From positions 1 to 64,000 of the IMG/VR virus record IMGVR_UViG_3300001765_000033: a stretch of DNA of 64,000 nt. The stretch is one strand, 5' to 3'. The notes below the pieces were generated by a model that was not told the DNA's origin, searched no databases, and saw only the letters and a list, made by a program, of their open reading frames with translations. Of the stretch, positions 39,857 to 49,303 are shown one piece after another. Position 1 is the first letter of the stretch. Each line of letters starts with the position of its first letter. The stretch is from a virus. The translations under genes and the position numbers were made by a program.

Positions 39857-40301
39857 TTAATCCTTTGGAATATTTAGTACAATATTATTTTCCCAATAAC
39901 TTTTCTTACCAATATAAGCAGATTCGCCTTTTTTAACCAAAGGTTTCCATGCTTCTGATCTTTTTTTGCTTTTCTCCACGTCAAACCCCTTGTAGTCATC
40001 ACCAACCCACTGATGCTTATGATGCCATATCCAAGGGTCTTTTAACGCCTTGGTGGTCTTTGTGGTGCCATCTGTATTGACTTTAACGCTGTCACCAACT
40101 GTCGGTTCTGGAGCAGTATCAAAATCATGCGATTTGATAAATGACATTGAATTTGTTTTTCTGTCATGCTTTACTGCGGCATAATCAAAATCTTTTGGTA
40201 AATGTGTGTTCGTAGTCTTTATGGACGTAAGTACAACCACCAATATCTTTACCAATTTTCTTTTCTTTTATTTCTGCAAGGTATTCTTTGAATGATTTCA
40301 T
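39857..40301 (-). pseudogene. Frameshifted gene resembling the accessory domain of DNA phosphorothioation-associated putative methyltransferases
   Basis: ATG 40301 gives MKSFKEYLAE...IGKDIGGCTYVHKDYEH (stop at 40185); continues in another frame HLPKDFDY...SF..S.DFDT..EP...PWIWHHK..WV..DY. Confidence 0.55.
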
Positions 40302-40305
40302 TTAG

Positions 40306-40336
40306 TATAAATATTAAACAACTTATTATATTTATC
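40306..40336. promoter_or_regulatory. Crossed divergent late promoters
   Basis: TATAAATA (+, 40306-40313) and GATAAATA (-, 40329-40336) in a 40-bp intergenic gap. Confidence 0.65.
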
Positions 40337-40341
40337 CTAAC

Positions 40342-41007
40342 ATGAAAACTTTATACGATTTCTTAATTGAGGCTATAGAACATAAAATAGCTGGTCAAAT
40401 AGGCTCAGCAACAACTCAAGTTGCCACAACTGGCGGGTCATTTGAAAAATCAGGAGCAGAACTTAAAGATAAAATTCCAGATAACGGAAGAGTATTAAAT
40501 TATGGTGCTGGATTAGATCATACGACAGAAGCATTAAAAAAAGGTCTTGGTGGAAAAGATTCTAAGCATAAAGTAGAAGATTACGAACCATTTCCAGAAA
40601 GAAGAAAATCTAAACCGACATATATTAAATCTGAAGATATTCCTACAGATTCACATCATGCGGTAGTTTGCCATAACGTAGTTAATGTTGTTGACCGTGA
40701 GACTAGGGATCATATTATGCACCACATATTTTCTACAACAAAAGAAGGTGGACATATTCATATCATCGCCAGAAAATTTAAAGGTGATGTTGATGGTGCA
40801 AAAAATGCTAGACCAGGAAATGAAAAAGGTTCTTTGTTAATTAAAAAAGGCAGTCAGGAAGTTTACCAAAAAGGTTTTGATGGTAGTGAACTTAGTGATT
40901 ATGTAAAAGACCTGGCAGAAAAGCACGGTCATAAAGTAGAAGTATCTAAACTTGGTTTTGGTGCATCTGGAGTAAAAATTAAAATGATTAAAAAGAATAA
41001 GGAATAA
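40342..41007 (+). CDS. Class I SAM-dependent methyltransferase-like protein; putative internal head protein
   Basis: VLNYGAG motif I, DYEP, NVVNVV, YQKGF...EL..YV; leader MKTLYDFLIE. Confidence 0.6.
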   Translation: MKTLYDFLIEAIEHKIAGQIGSATTQVATTGGSFEKSGAELKDKIPDNGRVLNYGAGLDHTTEALKKGLGGKDSKHKVEDYEPFPERRKSKPTYIKSEDIPTDSHHAVVCHNVVNVVDRETRDHIMHHIFSTTKEGGHIHIIARKFKGDVDGAKNARPGNEKGSLLIKKGSQEVYQKGFDGSELSDYVKDLAEKHGHKVEVSKLGFGASGVKIKMIKKNKE

Positions 41008-41010
41008 GTC

Positions 41011-41895
41011 ATGTTATCATTCAAAGAATTTCTGCAAAATGTAATTGTTGAAAATTTGCACCCAGAATTGCAGAGTGTTGTAACTTCAACAAATTCTAAC
41101 ATTTCAAAACAAACTCAGTTATCTAAAAAGATAAAAGATTTGACTTCTCGTGGAGAATCTACTGGTATTGAAGGTAATATGCCAAAAGGATCATCGAGAG
41201 CATATCTACAACATAAAGACGAACACCACACTGTGATTGATGGTAAACCTGCTTCATTTAAAACGGGAACTAAAGTAGCTATAACCGCCACTTTAGACAA
41301 ACATCACAATAAAAAAGCATATGATGGTAAGAATTTAGGTCAGATGCAAAATGAGGCTGAAGGTGGTGATCATTGGGCAAATAAAAATTACAGAATTCTT
41401 ACTAAACATGATGATAAAAACGAATATACTACAAATAAAGAATCTGGAATATTTCCACCTTTAGTTGATCATGATCATGATCATCATAATTGGACTCATG
41501 TTGGGCATTCAAGAGATATTAAAGGTCCAGAATTTAAAAAACTGACTAAATGTAAGTCTCATCCAGAGGGCATATCACATAAAGATTTTTGTGAATCTAT
41601 GGAGAGATTTCATAATAGAAATAATGGTAAACATTGGACTCAAAGTGAAGGAAGAGAACATCAACTCGATCATATAGATAGTCATCCATTGGTTCAAAAA
41701 TTTCAAGATTATCATGGGAACACTGGAGCACCACCACATGATTATAGACAAATTAAAAACATGGGAGTTTTTGAGCATCCAGATGGCTCAAAGCACATTG
41801 TTGCTAGAGATCATGGATTTAATTCTGACGTTCAAAGAGCGTATCAAGTAGCAAATAAAAACAGAAATATACACGAATTTAATAGATATAGATAA
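41011..41895 (+). CDS. Protein-kinase-like fold protein; putative internal head protein
   Basis: KGSSRAY, TKVA, QNEAE, HDYRQIKN, DHG; leader MLSFKEFL. Confidence 0.5.
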   Translation: MLSFKEFLQNVIVENLHPELQSVVTSTNSNISKQTQLSKKIKDLTSRGESTGIEGNMPKGSSRAYLQHKDEHHTVIDGKPASFKTGTKVAITATLDKHHNKKAYDGKNLGQMQNEAEGGDHWANKNYRILTKHDDKNEYTTNKESGIFPPLVDHDHDHHNWTHVGHSRDIKGPEFKKLTKCKSHPEGISHKDFCESMERFHNRNNGKHWTQSEGREHQLDHIDSHPLVQKFQDYHGNTGAPPHDYRQIKNMGVFEHPDGSKHIVARDHGFNSDVQRAYQVANKNRNIHEFNRYR

Positions 41896-41896
41896 T

Positions 41897-42292
41897 ATGG
41901 AATACTTAAAAGCAATTATTGATATATTCACAAATAATATAGGAATATTAAATAATATTATATTAGCTGGTTTCTTTTTATTTTTCGTTTATATAATAAA
42001 CAAAGCAAGCAAAGATAAACATAACAAATTAAATTGGGCTGATATGTTTTTGGATTCTAAAACCCAAAAAATGTCATTAACAAAAGTTGGAAATTTCTGG
42101 GGTATTGGAATTTCAAGCTGGATAGCTATTTACTTTGCTCAGAAAATCCCAGCAGATAAAATTGCAGATTTGTATTCCTATGTTTTCGGAATTTGGATGG
42201 CATTCCTACTGGGTTCATATTCTGTATCGTCTGTTTTGAAAACAAAAGATGGAAGTGTAACTGAAATAAAAAAAGAAAGTGAAAAAGAATGA
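41897..42292 (+). CDS. Small membrane protein (holin-like)
   Basis: Three hydrophobic segments and a charged C-terminal tail. Confidence 0.45.
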   Translation: MEYLKAIIDIFTNNIGILNNIILAGFFLFFVYIINKASKDKHNKLNWADMFLDSKTQKMSLTKVGNFWGIGISSWIAIYFAQKIPADKIADLYSYVFGIWMAFLLGSYSVSSVLKTKDGSVTEIKKESEKE

Positions 42293-42783
42293 CTTGTAAT
42301 GTAGAACAAATTGGTCAACTTTTGTCATATGACGGTTCACCGGTGTCATTTGATGCTCTAGGACAACATGCATTCAAAATGGATTTTGCAAAAATTCCAA
42401 ACACTATGTTTTTTCTGCAAGGTGTTACATTTCCTGGACTTTCAGTTTCCATTGTAGAACAAGCAACACCACATCTGGATTTTCAGGAAATAGGAACAAA
42501 AGTTAGATATGATCCTTTGATAATCCATTTCTTAGTAGATGCAAGAATGAGAAATCATTTTGAAATAACTAATTGGTTAAAGGAAATGACAGAAGCAAGA
42601 AATCAACGAGAGTATGTTTCTGATGCTTTGATGACCATCAATGACTCCATGCAAATAAGATTCATTGATGCTTTCCCTGTTAGCATCGGAAGTATTGAAT
42701 TTGTTTCAAATCAAGATTCGTTGAAATATATCCAATGTTCAGCAACATTTAATTTTGACTGGTTTGAAATAATTCCAATCTAA
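42289..42783 (+). CDS. gp3: Tail completion/tube terminator gp3-like
   Basis: FF.Q.V.FPG.S, YDPL...F.VD..M.N, F.DAFPVSIG, C.ATF. Confidence 0.8.
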   Translation: MTCNVEQIGQLLSYDGSPVSFDALGQHAFKMDFAKIPNTMFFLQGVTFPGLSVSIVEQATPHLDFQEIGTKVRYDPLIIHFLVDARMRNHFEITNWLKEMTEARNQREYVSDALMTINDSMQIRFIDAFPVSIGSIEFVSNQDSLKYIQCSATFNFDWFEIIPI

Positions 42784-42799
42784 ATTCTTGATGTTTGTA

Positions 42800-43000
42800 A
42801 AATAAATTCTAAAACACCAGAATTACTGAGCGAAGCGAAGGCGAACGAAGTGAGCTAAGAATCTCATTTGCAAACTAGAATTTCTGGTTCAATTTCTGAA
42901 CACAATTACCACCAAAAATATAAAAGTTTCTAATTGGTTTCTTAGCTCACTTCGTTCGCCTTCGCTTCGCTCAGTAATTCTGGTGTTTTAGAATTTATTT
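42800..43000. repeat. 62-bp perfect inverted repeat with 77-bp spacer
   Basis: 42800-42861 is the exact reverse complement of 42939-43000. Confidence 0.95.
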
Positions 43001-43292
43001 AAAATCATTTCTAGAAACCATTAAAATTTATCACTTACGACTAAATATATTCTCTTAATTAGAGGGGACTGCGAGAGCTTAACAGGTTCTATGGTTCTTG
43101 TCAAGCACTTTCTTCAAATTGACCATACTTCCCGATGAACGGCAGTGATTAGCCGATGAACGGTAAACATTTGTAAGTTTCTGTAAGGCCGCCTTTTTGC
43201 TGTTTCTAGTGTTTTCCATAGGAATTCTGCTTTTCAGGTTAAAATAGGACACTAAATAGGAAGTCAACCAAACGTGACTTGAGGACTAAATT

Positions 43293-43736
43293 ATGAAACT
43301 TACCATTGACGACATCATTGCAGAGTGGAAAGCAGACAACACTATCGATGAAACCAAGCTACCGTCAGAGCTAATGAAGACACCACTGCTTCATTCAAAA
43401 TATCTTGAGGTCTATCTTCAGATCAAAAGAAAATTCATTGCAGCCACAGCATCCTACAACAAGCTAAAATTCCTAAGAAAGAAATATTTCAGAGGCGAAA
43501 TGACTCGGGAAGAACTTGATGCTCAAGGATGGGGCCAATATCAGGGTCTGAAAATGTCTCAGACCGAATTCAATTCAATGTCAGAAATTGATCCTATGCT
43601 TAGTGACGAATGGGTCAAAGTTGAGTACCTAAAGAGTCTTGTTGAAGGTCTTACCTACATTCTCAAAGAAATCCAAAACAGAGGTTATACCATAAAAACG
43701 ATGGTAGAGTACAACAAAATGATGATGGGTGGCTAA
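43293..43736 (+). CDS. uvsY: Recombination mediator UvsY
   Basis: W..D..ID, P.LHSKYL, I.NRGY.IK; precedes uvsW. Confidence 0.88.
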   Translation: MKLTIDDIIAEWKADNTIDETKLPSELMKTPLLHSKYLEVYLQIKRKFIAATASYNKLKFLRKKYFRGEMTREELDAQGWGQYQGLKMSQTEFNSMSEIDPMLSDEWVKVEYLKSLVEGLTYILKEIQNRGYTIKTMVEYNKMMMGG

Positions 43737-45264
43737 AATGACAGACAATGTTACCATAACAAAGTTCAATGAAGTCTGGTTTTATGTCGAATGCTCTACT
43801 GACATAAAGTACGAATTGAATGATCATTTTCAGTTTGAGGCTAACAACGCCAAATATCATCCATTGGTAAAGCTTGGTCGATGGGATGGTATGATCAGGA
43901 TGTTCAATCCTCAAAAATCATTGCTACACATCGGATTGCTGCCACTTTTAGAAGATTTTTGTCAGGCTAGAGAGTACACCTTATCGTTTAAAAATCATCC
44001 AGAGTTTGGCAGTCCAGTTTATGTTTCTGTGCTACCTGATCAAGATGTTATCGACTATGTTGATTCTTTGGACATTCATTCTGGTGGTAATAAGATAACT
44101 CCATATGATTATCAGTATGATGCTATTAAATTGGGAGTATTGAAGCGAAGAGCAGTATGCATTAGCGCAACAGGTTCTGGCAAAAGTCTCATGATTTACG
44201 GCATATCCAGACATACACTTTCATTGGGATATAAGGTTTTGATCATTTGTCCTACGGTTCAGCTTACCGAACAAATGGCATCAGATTTTGCTGATTACTC
44301 CAGCCACAACGGATGGGATGCAGAATCAAATATTCACAAGATTCATTCTGGAAAAGAAAAAGAGTCAAATAAATCTATTACGATTTCTACTTGGCAGAGT
44401 CTGTTAAAGATGCCAGCCGAATATTTCAATAAATTTTCATGTGTTATCTGTGACGAAGTGCATCTGGCATCTGGCAAATCCATAACTGATATTATGGAAA
44501 AATGCACAGATGCAAATATTAGACTTGGATTTACTGGTTCCTTGGATAAGAGTTTGACAAATAAACTTCAGATTCAGGCGTTATTTGGAAAAATAACTAA
44601 AGTATCATCATCAAGAGATTTGATTGATAAGGGGCACTTGACAGAAATCAAAATATCTGCTATAATGCTTGATTACTCTGTAAATACCAAAGCAGCATTA
44701 AAGTTATTCCTTGATAAAGACAAGAAAACTGCATATCAGAGAGAAATTAAATTTTTAACTGCGCATGAAAAGAGAAATAAATTCATTTCAAATTTGGCTG
44801 CTTCTACAAAAGAAAATACTTTGGTATTTTTTAACTTAATTGAGCACGGTAAAACATTATTTGAGTTGATAAAAGAAAAAGCACCAGATAAAAAAGTTTA
44901 CTTTATTGACGGTCATGTAGATGTAGATATTCGTGAGGAATATAGAGAAGAAATTGAAGCTAGGAATGATCTTGTTATCGTAGCATCTAGCCAAACTTCA
45001 GCAACTGGAGTTAATTTTAAAAATCTGCATCACATTGTTTTTGCTGCTCCGACAAAATCTTTGGTTAGGGTCTTACAATCGATTGGTAGAGGTCTGAGAA
45101 AATCAAAAGGAAAAGATATAGTTAAGCTATATGACATTGGTGATAATTTAACGAAATCGAAAGTTAAAAAGAACCATACTTATAATCATTTTATTGAAAG
45201 GTTGGCCATTTATGCTAAAGAAGATTTTTCCTACAAACTTATTGATTTGGTTATCGAAAAATGA
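43729..45264 (+). CDS. uvsW: DNA helicase UvsW
   Basis: WDG.I, ATGSGKS, DEVH, QSIGRGLR. Confidence 0.95.
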   Translation: MAKMTDNVTITKFNEVWFYVECSTDIKYELNDHFQFEANNAKYHPLVKLGRWDGMIRMFNPQKSLLHIGLLPLLEDFCQAREYTLSFKNHPEFGSPVYVSVLPDQDVIDYVDSLDIHSGGNKITPYDYQYDAIKLGVLKRRAVCISATGSGKSLMIYGISRHTLSLGYKVLIICPTVQLTEQMASDFADYSSHNGWDAESNIHKIHSGKEKESNKSITISTWQSLLKMPAEYFNKFSCVICDEVHLASGKSITDIMEKCTDANIRLGFTGSLDKSLTNKLQIQALFGKITKVSSSRDLIDKGHLTEIKISAIMLDYSVNTKAALKLFLDKDKKTAYQREIKFLTAHEKRNKFISNLAASTKENTLVFFNLIEHGKTLFELIKEKAPDKKVYFIDGHVDVDIREEYREEIEARNDLVIVASSQTSATGVNFKNLHHIVFAAPTKSLVRVLQSIGRGLRKSKGKDIVKLYDIGDNLTKSKVKKNHTYNHFIERLAIYAKEDFSYKLIDLVIEK

Positions 45265-45740
45265 CAAATAGCCCATTCGTATGTATTAAATTACAATCTG
45301 GAGAAACATTATTTGCCGAAGTTATTAGCAACACCAAAGAAAAAATAAGAGTATTGCATCCGATGCTTACTAAAACTTCTGTGATGCAAAACAAACAAGA
45401 TGGCTTTATGCTGTCCAATTGGATTCCGTGGGTAGACGAAGTAGAATTTGATATTTCTTTATTCCAGATCATTTATATCGGCGCATTGAAAGAAATGTTT
45501 ATTAAATTTTATGGCTCAAATGTCATTAAAGAAGAATTTAATAAAATAAATGCTAGGGGGTTTGCTAGGGTAGAAGATGGTGAAAATCCTAAAGTTGTTA
45601 CCGCTGAAATTGTTGAAGAAATGAGAAACTTACTTGATTTGTATTCGATGAAATATAATTTAGATTCCGACGAATTTAAAGAAAGATTTTCTTTGGATGA
45701 AATTGATACCGACACCGATACTAAAAAAGTTTTACATTAA
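45261..45740 (+). CDS. Conserved hypothetical protein between uvsW and gp55
   Basis: IKLQSGE N-terminus; synteny in T4-like phages. Confidence 0.65.
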   Translation: MTNSPFVCIKLQSGETLFAEVISNTKEKIRVLHPMLTKTSVMQNKQDGFMLSNWIPWVDEVEFDISLFQIIYIGALKEMFIKFYGSNVIKEEFNKINARGFARVEDGENPKVVTAEIVEEMRNLLDLYSMKYNLDSDEFKERFSLDEIDTDTDTKKVLH

Positions 45741-45748
45741 GGGGTTCA

Positions 45749-46294
45749 ATGGCATCAAAAAATTATGTAAATAATAAGGACTTTTTAAACAGCCTTATTG
45801 CTAGAAAAGAAGAAAATGAAAGGTTGGCGCTAGAAGGAAAAGAAAAAGCACCGATCAGCAGATATCTAGGTCATGTTGTTATGGAGATTGCTAGACGATT
45901 GGCATACCGACCTAATTTCATAAATTATAGCTATCGTGAGGATTTGATTGGTGATGCTATCGAAGTTGGTCTAAAAGGACTTGACAAATTTGATTGTTCT
46001 TATGAAAATCCTTTTGCTTACATCACTCAAATCATGTGGAATGCCTTCATTCGCAGAATACAAATTGAGAATGGACAGCAGGCGATTAAGGGTGCTTTAA
46101 TAGCCGATATGCCACTTAGTGAGTTGTTTGATACCCAAGAGCATGACGAAGATGGCATTCAATATTCATCGCATATCATGAGCTACCTAAGAGATAATAA
46201 TTTTTATCATGCATCGGTTGAAGTCTCTGACGTAAAAACAATCGAAGTAAAAGATGGTAAAAAGCCTAGTGGTTTAGAAGTATTTTTTGAGTGA
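45749..46294 (+). CDS. gp55: Late sigma factor gp55
   Basis: YVNNKDF, RPNFINYSYREDLIGD, NPFAYITQI. Confidence 0.95.
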   Translation: MASKNYVNNKDFLNSLIARKEENERLALEGKEKAPISRYLGHVVMEIARRLAYRPNFINYSYREDLIGDAIEVGLKGLDKFDCSYENPFAYITQIMWNAFIRRIQIENGQQAIKGALIADMPLSELFDTQEHDEDGIQYSSHIMSYLRDNNFYHASVEVSDVKTIEVKDGKKPSGLEVFFE

Positions 46295-46297
46295 TTT

Positions 46298-47359
46298 ATG
46301 GCACGTATTATTTTGCTTGGGGACACCCACGTAGGTGTTAGAAATGCTAGCCCAATCCTGTGTGACTATCAGATAAAGTTTTTCAAAGAGTTGCTATTTC
46401 CATACATGAAAAAGAATGGATTGACAACGATTTTTCAAACTGGTGATGTTTTCGACACAAGAAAATTCAGCAATCATTTTATCATCGATAAATGGAAGCG
46501 CGATGTTTTCGATTACATGCAAGAAAACAACATAATTTTTCATTGCATCATTGGAAACCACGATGCTCTTTACAAAAACACTCTTAGCGTCAATTCGCCG
46601 ACTCTGTTTTTATCATCGTACAAAAATGTTATCGTCCACTCAACACCAGAAGATATAGATTTTGATGGCACATCGATTTTAGCTCTACCTTGGATTTGCC
46701 AAGACAACCAAGCAGAGTCATATGATAAAATAAGGACTTCAAAATCACCTATCGTTATTGGACACCTTGAGTTGGCAAAGTTTGAAATGTATCGTGGGCA
46801 GCTTTGTGAATATGGAATGGATCACACACTTTTTGAAAAATATGAACATGTTTTCTCTGGACATTTTCATCATAAAAGTGACTACGGAAACATTGCTTAC
46901 CTTGGATGCCCTTACGAATTCACGTGGATAGATTACAATGACCCAAGAGGGTTTCATGTTTTTGACACTAAGACATATAAAAATAAATTTGTCCAAAATA
47001 AGGACACTTTGTTTAGAAAAGTAGAGTATAATGATAAGGATAAAGACTCCAGCTATTGGAAGTCTTTTGATATGGCTTTGTATAAGGACAAATATGTAAA
47101 ATTAGTTGTTGTCAATAAAACCGACATTATTCAGTTTGACATGCTGGTCGCGTCTTTTTATGCTTCTGGTGCTGCAGACTTTAAGATCGTTGAAGATTTA
47201 ATTGAAGATGACGTAGAGATTGATGATGAGATTGAAACTGAGGCGTCCATTGATTTGGTTGATCTTTATATCGATGCCTTCAATTTTGATGGAGACAAGG
47301 TTAAACTTAAAACAATGATGAAGTCTTTATACGTTGAAGCTCTCGCAACATTGGAGTAA
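46298..47359 (+). CDS. gp47: Recombination nuclease gp47 (Mre11/SbcD-like)
   Basis: GDTH, GDVFD, GNHD, GHLE, SGHFH. Confidence 0.95.
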   Translation: MARIILLGDTHVGVRNASPILCDYQIKFFKELLFPYMKKNGLTTIFQTGDVFDTRKFSNHFIIDKWKRDVFDYMQENNIIFHCIIGNHDALYKNTLSVNSPTLFLSSYKNVIVHSTPEDIDFDGTSILALPWICQDNQAESYDKIRTSKSPIVIGHLELAKFEMYRGQLCEYGMDHTLFEKYEHVFSGHFHHKSDYGNIAYLGCPYEFTWIDYNDPRGFHVFDTKTYKNKFVQNKDTLFRKVEYNDKDKDSSYWKSFDMALYKDKYVKLVVVNKTDIIQFDMLVASFYASGAADFKIVEDLIEDDVEIDDEIETEASIDLVDLYIDAFNFDGDKVKLKTMMKSLYVEALATLE

Positions 47360-47362
47360 AAT

Positions 47363-49069
47363 TTGATAAAATTTGAATATATACAGGCACAGAATTTTAT
47401 GTCTGTCGGGAACTCACCTATTAAAATCGAAGTCAATAAAGATCAGTCTACCCTAGTAACTGGTAAAAATGGTTCTGGAAAATCACAGTTGTTACCAGAT
47501 GGTATGTGTTTTTGTTTGTACGGAAAGCCCTATAGGAACATCAATAAACCGAACTTGATAAATTCAATCAACGGTAAAAAGTGTTTGGTAGAAGTTGGAT
47601 TCTCATCAAACGGTAAATCCTATCTTGTTAAGCGAGGCATGAAGCCAACAATTTTTGAAATTTATGAAAATGAAAAGTTGTTGAATCAGGATGCAGACTC
47701 AAGAGATTACCAAAAAATTCTTGAGCAGCAAATTCTTAAAATGAATTATCGGGCATTCACTCAGGTCGTTATTATCGGTACAGCAGCGTTTGTTCCTTTT
47801 ATGAAATTAAAACCAGAACATCGTAGAGAATTCATTGAGGATTTGCTTGATATCAGAGTGTTTTCTGTGATGAATAAGCATTTGGCGGTCAAGGTAAAAG
47901 AGGTCAAAGACGAGCTGAAATTGGTGACTGCTGAGATTGCTTCAGCGAAAGAAATTATTGCTGTTATAGAAGGTCATGTTGAATCCCATAAAGACGATCT
48001 AAAAAATAAAATTGCATCTCTTAAATCTGAAAAACAGACAATAGTAGATGCTTCAAAATTGATAGTAGAAGAAAAAGAAGCATTGGATGATTATTTGGGC
48101 AATAAATTGGTATCAATTGATACCATGAAATCGTATCAAAAAGCACATGAAAAAACTAAGGAAACAAAAAGAACGATAGAATTTAAGCGCGATAAATATG
48201 TTGCAGAGTTAGAAAATTTGGCGGAGGTTTGTTATGCCTGCTCTCAAAAATTACCCCACGAACACAAAGAAACTTTACGGATTTCCATCCAAGAAAACAT
48301 AGACAACTGCGACAAAACAATAGCATTGTGTGTCTCAAGGGAAGTAGAGTTGATCGAGTCATATAAAAATTTGAGTGATCTTACGCAAGAGGCGATCCAA
48401 ATCGAAAATCAGATTCATTTTAAAAATGAGAAAATTTATGGGAATTCTCTTCTGATTAAAAAAATCAATAGTGATTTTTTGGGATTGGAGAATGATTTGT
48501 CCAAAGAAACGCCAGACAAATCAAAGCTAAAATCTACAGCCAAGAAAATTATTTCTTTGGTTAAACGAAAAAAAGAGTTGCTAGAGACTCAACAGCTTCA
48601 ATCGGCAGCGCAAGTATTATTGCATGATAGCGGAATTAAATCTAAAATTATCAAGCAATACATTCCAACTATCAACAAATTTGTTAACAAATATCTGAAT
48701 AAGCTGGACCTTTTTGTGAATTTTAATTTAGACGAAAATTTCAATGAGGTCGTTAAATCGAGACATCGTGATCAGTTCACATATGATTCTTTCAGCGAGG
48801 GAGAAAAAACACGGATTTCTCTAGCTTTAATTTTCACTTGGAGAGCAATTGCTGCTATGAAAAATTCAGTGAATGCTAATTTAATCGTGCTTGATGAAGT
48901 GGCTGATGCGTCGATGGACACAGAAGGGTTTGATCAATGTGTGAATTTATTTCATAGTATGAAAAACAACAATGTGTTTGTAGTTTCACATCGTGAAATT
49001 ATCTCTGATAAATTTGATGCTGTCCTAAAATTTGAAAAAAAGAACAATTTTACTTCTATAACGCAATAA
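47363..49069 (+). CDS. gp46: Recombination ATPase gp46 (Rad50/SbcC-like)
   Basis: GKNGSGKS, CxxC hook, FSEGEK, LDEV, SH. Confidence 0.95.
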   Translation: MIKFEYIQAQNFMSVGNSPIKIEVNKDQSTLVTGKNGSGKSQLLPDGMCFCLYGKPYRNINKPNLINSINGKKCLVEVGFSSNGKSYLVKRGMKPTIFEIYENEKLLNQDADSRDYQKILEQQILKMNYRAFTQVVIIGTAAFVPFMKLKPEHRREFIEDLLDIRVFSVMNKHLAVKVKEVKDELKLVTAEIASAKEIIAVIEGHVESHKDDLKNKIASLKSEKQTIVDASKLIVEEKEALDDYLGNKLVSIDTMKSYQKAHEKTKETKRTIEFKRDKYVAELENLAEVCYACSQKLPHEHKETLRISIQENIDNCDKTIALCVSREVELIESYKNLSDLTQEAIQIENQIHFKNEKIYGNSLLIKKINSDFLGLENDLSKETPDKSKLKSTAKKIISLVKRKKELLETQQLQSAAQVLLHDSGIKSKIIKQYIPTINKFVNKYLNKLDLFVNFNLDENFNEVVKSRHRDQFTYDSFSEGEKTRISLALIFTWRAIAAMKNSVNANLIVLDEVADASMDTEGFDQCVNLFHSMKNNNVFVVSHREIISDKFDAVLKFEKKNNFTSITQ

Positions 49070-49110
49070 TTTGTGGTACTATATAGACTTCACTACTAAT
49101 AAAGTTTACT

Positions 49111-49302
49111 ATGATAACGTATGACGATGACTCTATTCGATGCACTAAAGATTTTGATGCTGTCAACTTTTCTTTGCCTGAACCAGAAGTGTCTGTTTTT
49201 AGCTACACAGAAGAATTAAATGATGTTTTTTTGCAGTGGTCTGAGATTGATCTAAAAAGCATGGTATACTCTAGTTCTTCCAAACACCTTTTAGACGAAT
49301 AA
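49111..49302 (+). CDS. Hypothetical protein
   Basis: 63-aa ORF after TGTGGTACTAT, abutting rIIA. Confidence 0.4.
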   Translation: MITYDDDSIRCTKDFDAVNFSLPEPEVSVFSYTEELNDVFLQWSEIDLKSMVYSSSSKHLLDE

Positions 49303-49303
49303 A

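Noticed and set aside
43079-43267. 62-aa minus-strand ORF in the non-coding region
   Set aside because: No ATG start, RBS or recognisable motif; opposes flanking transcription
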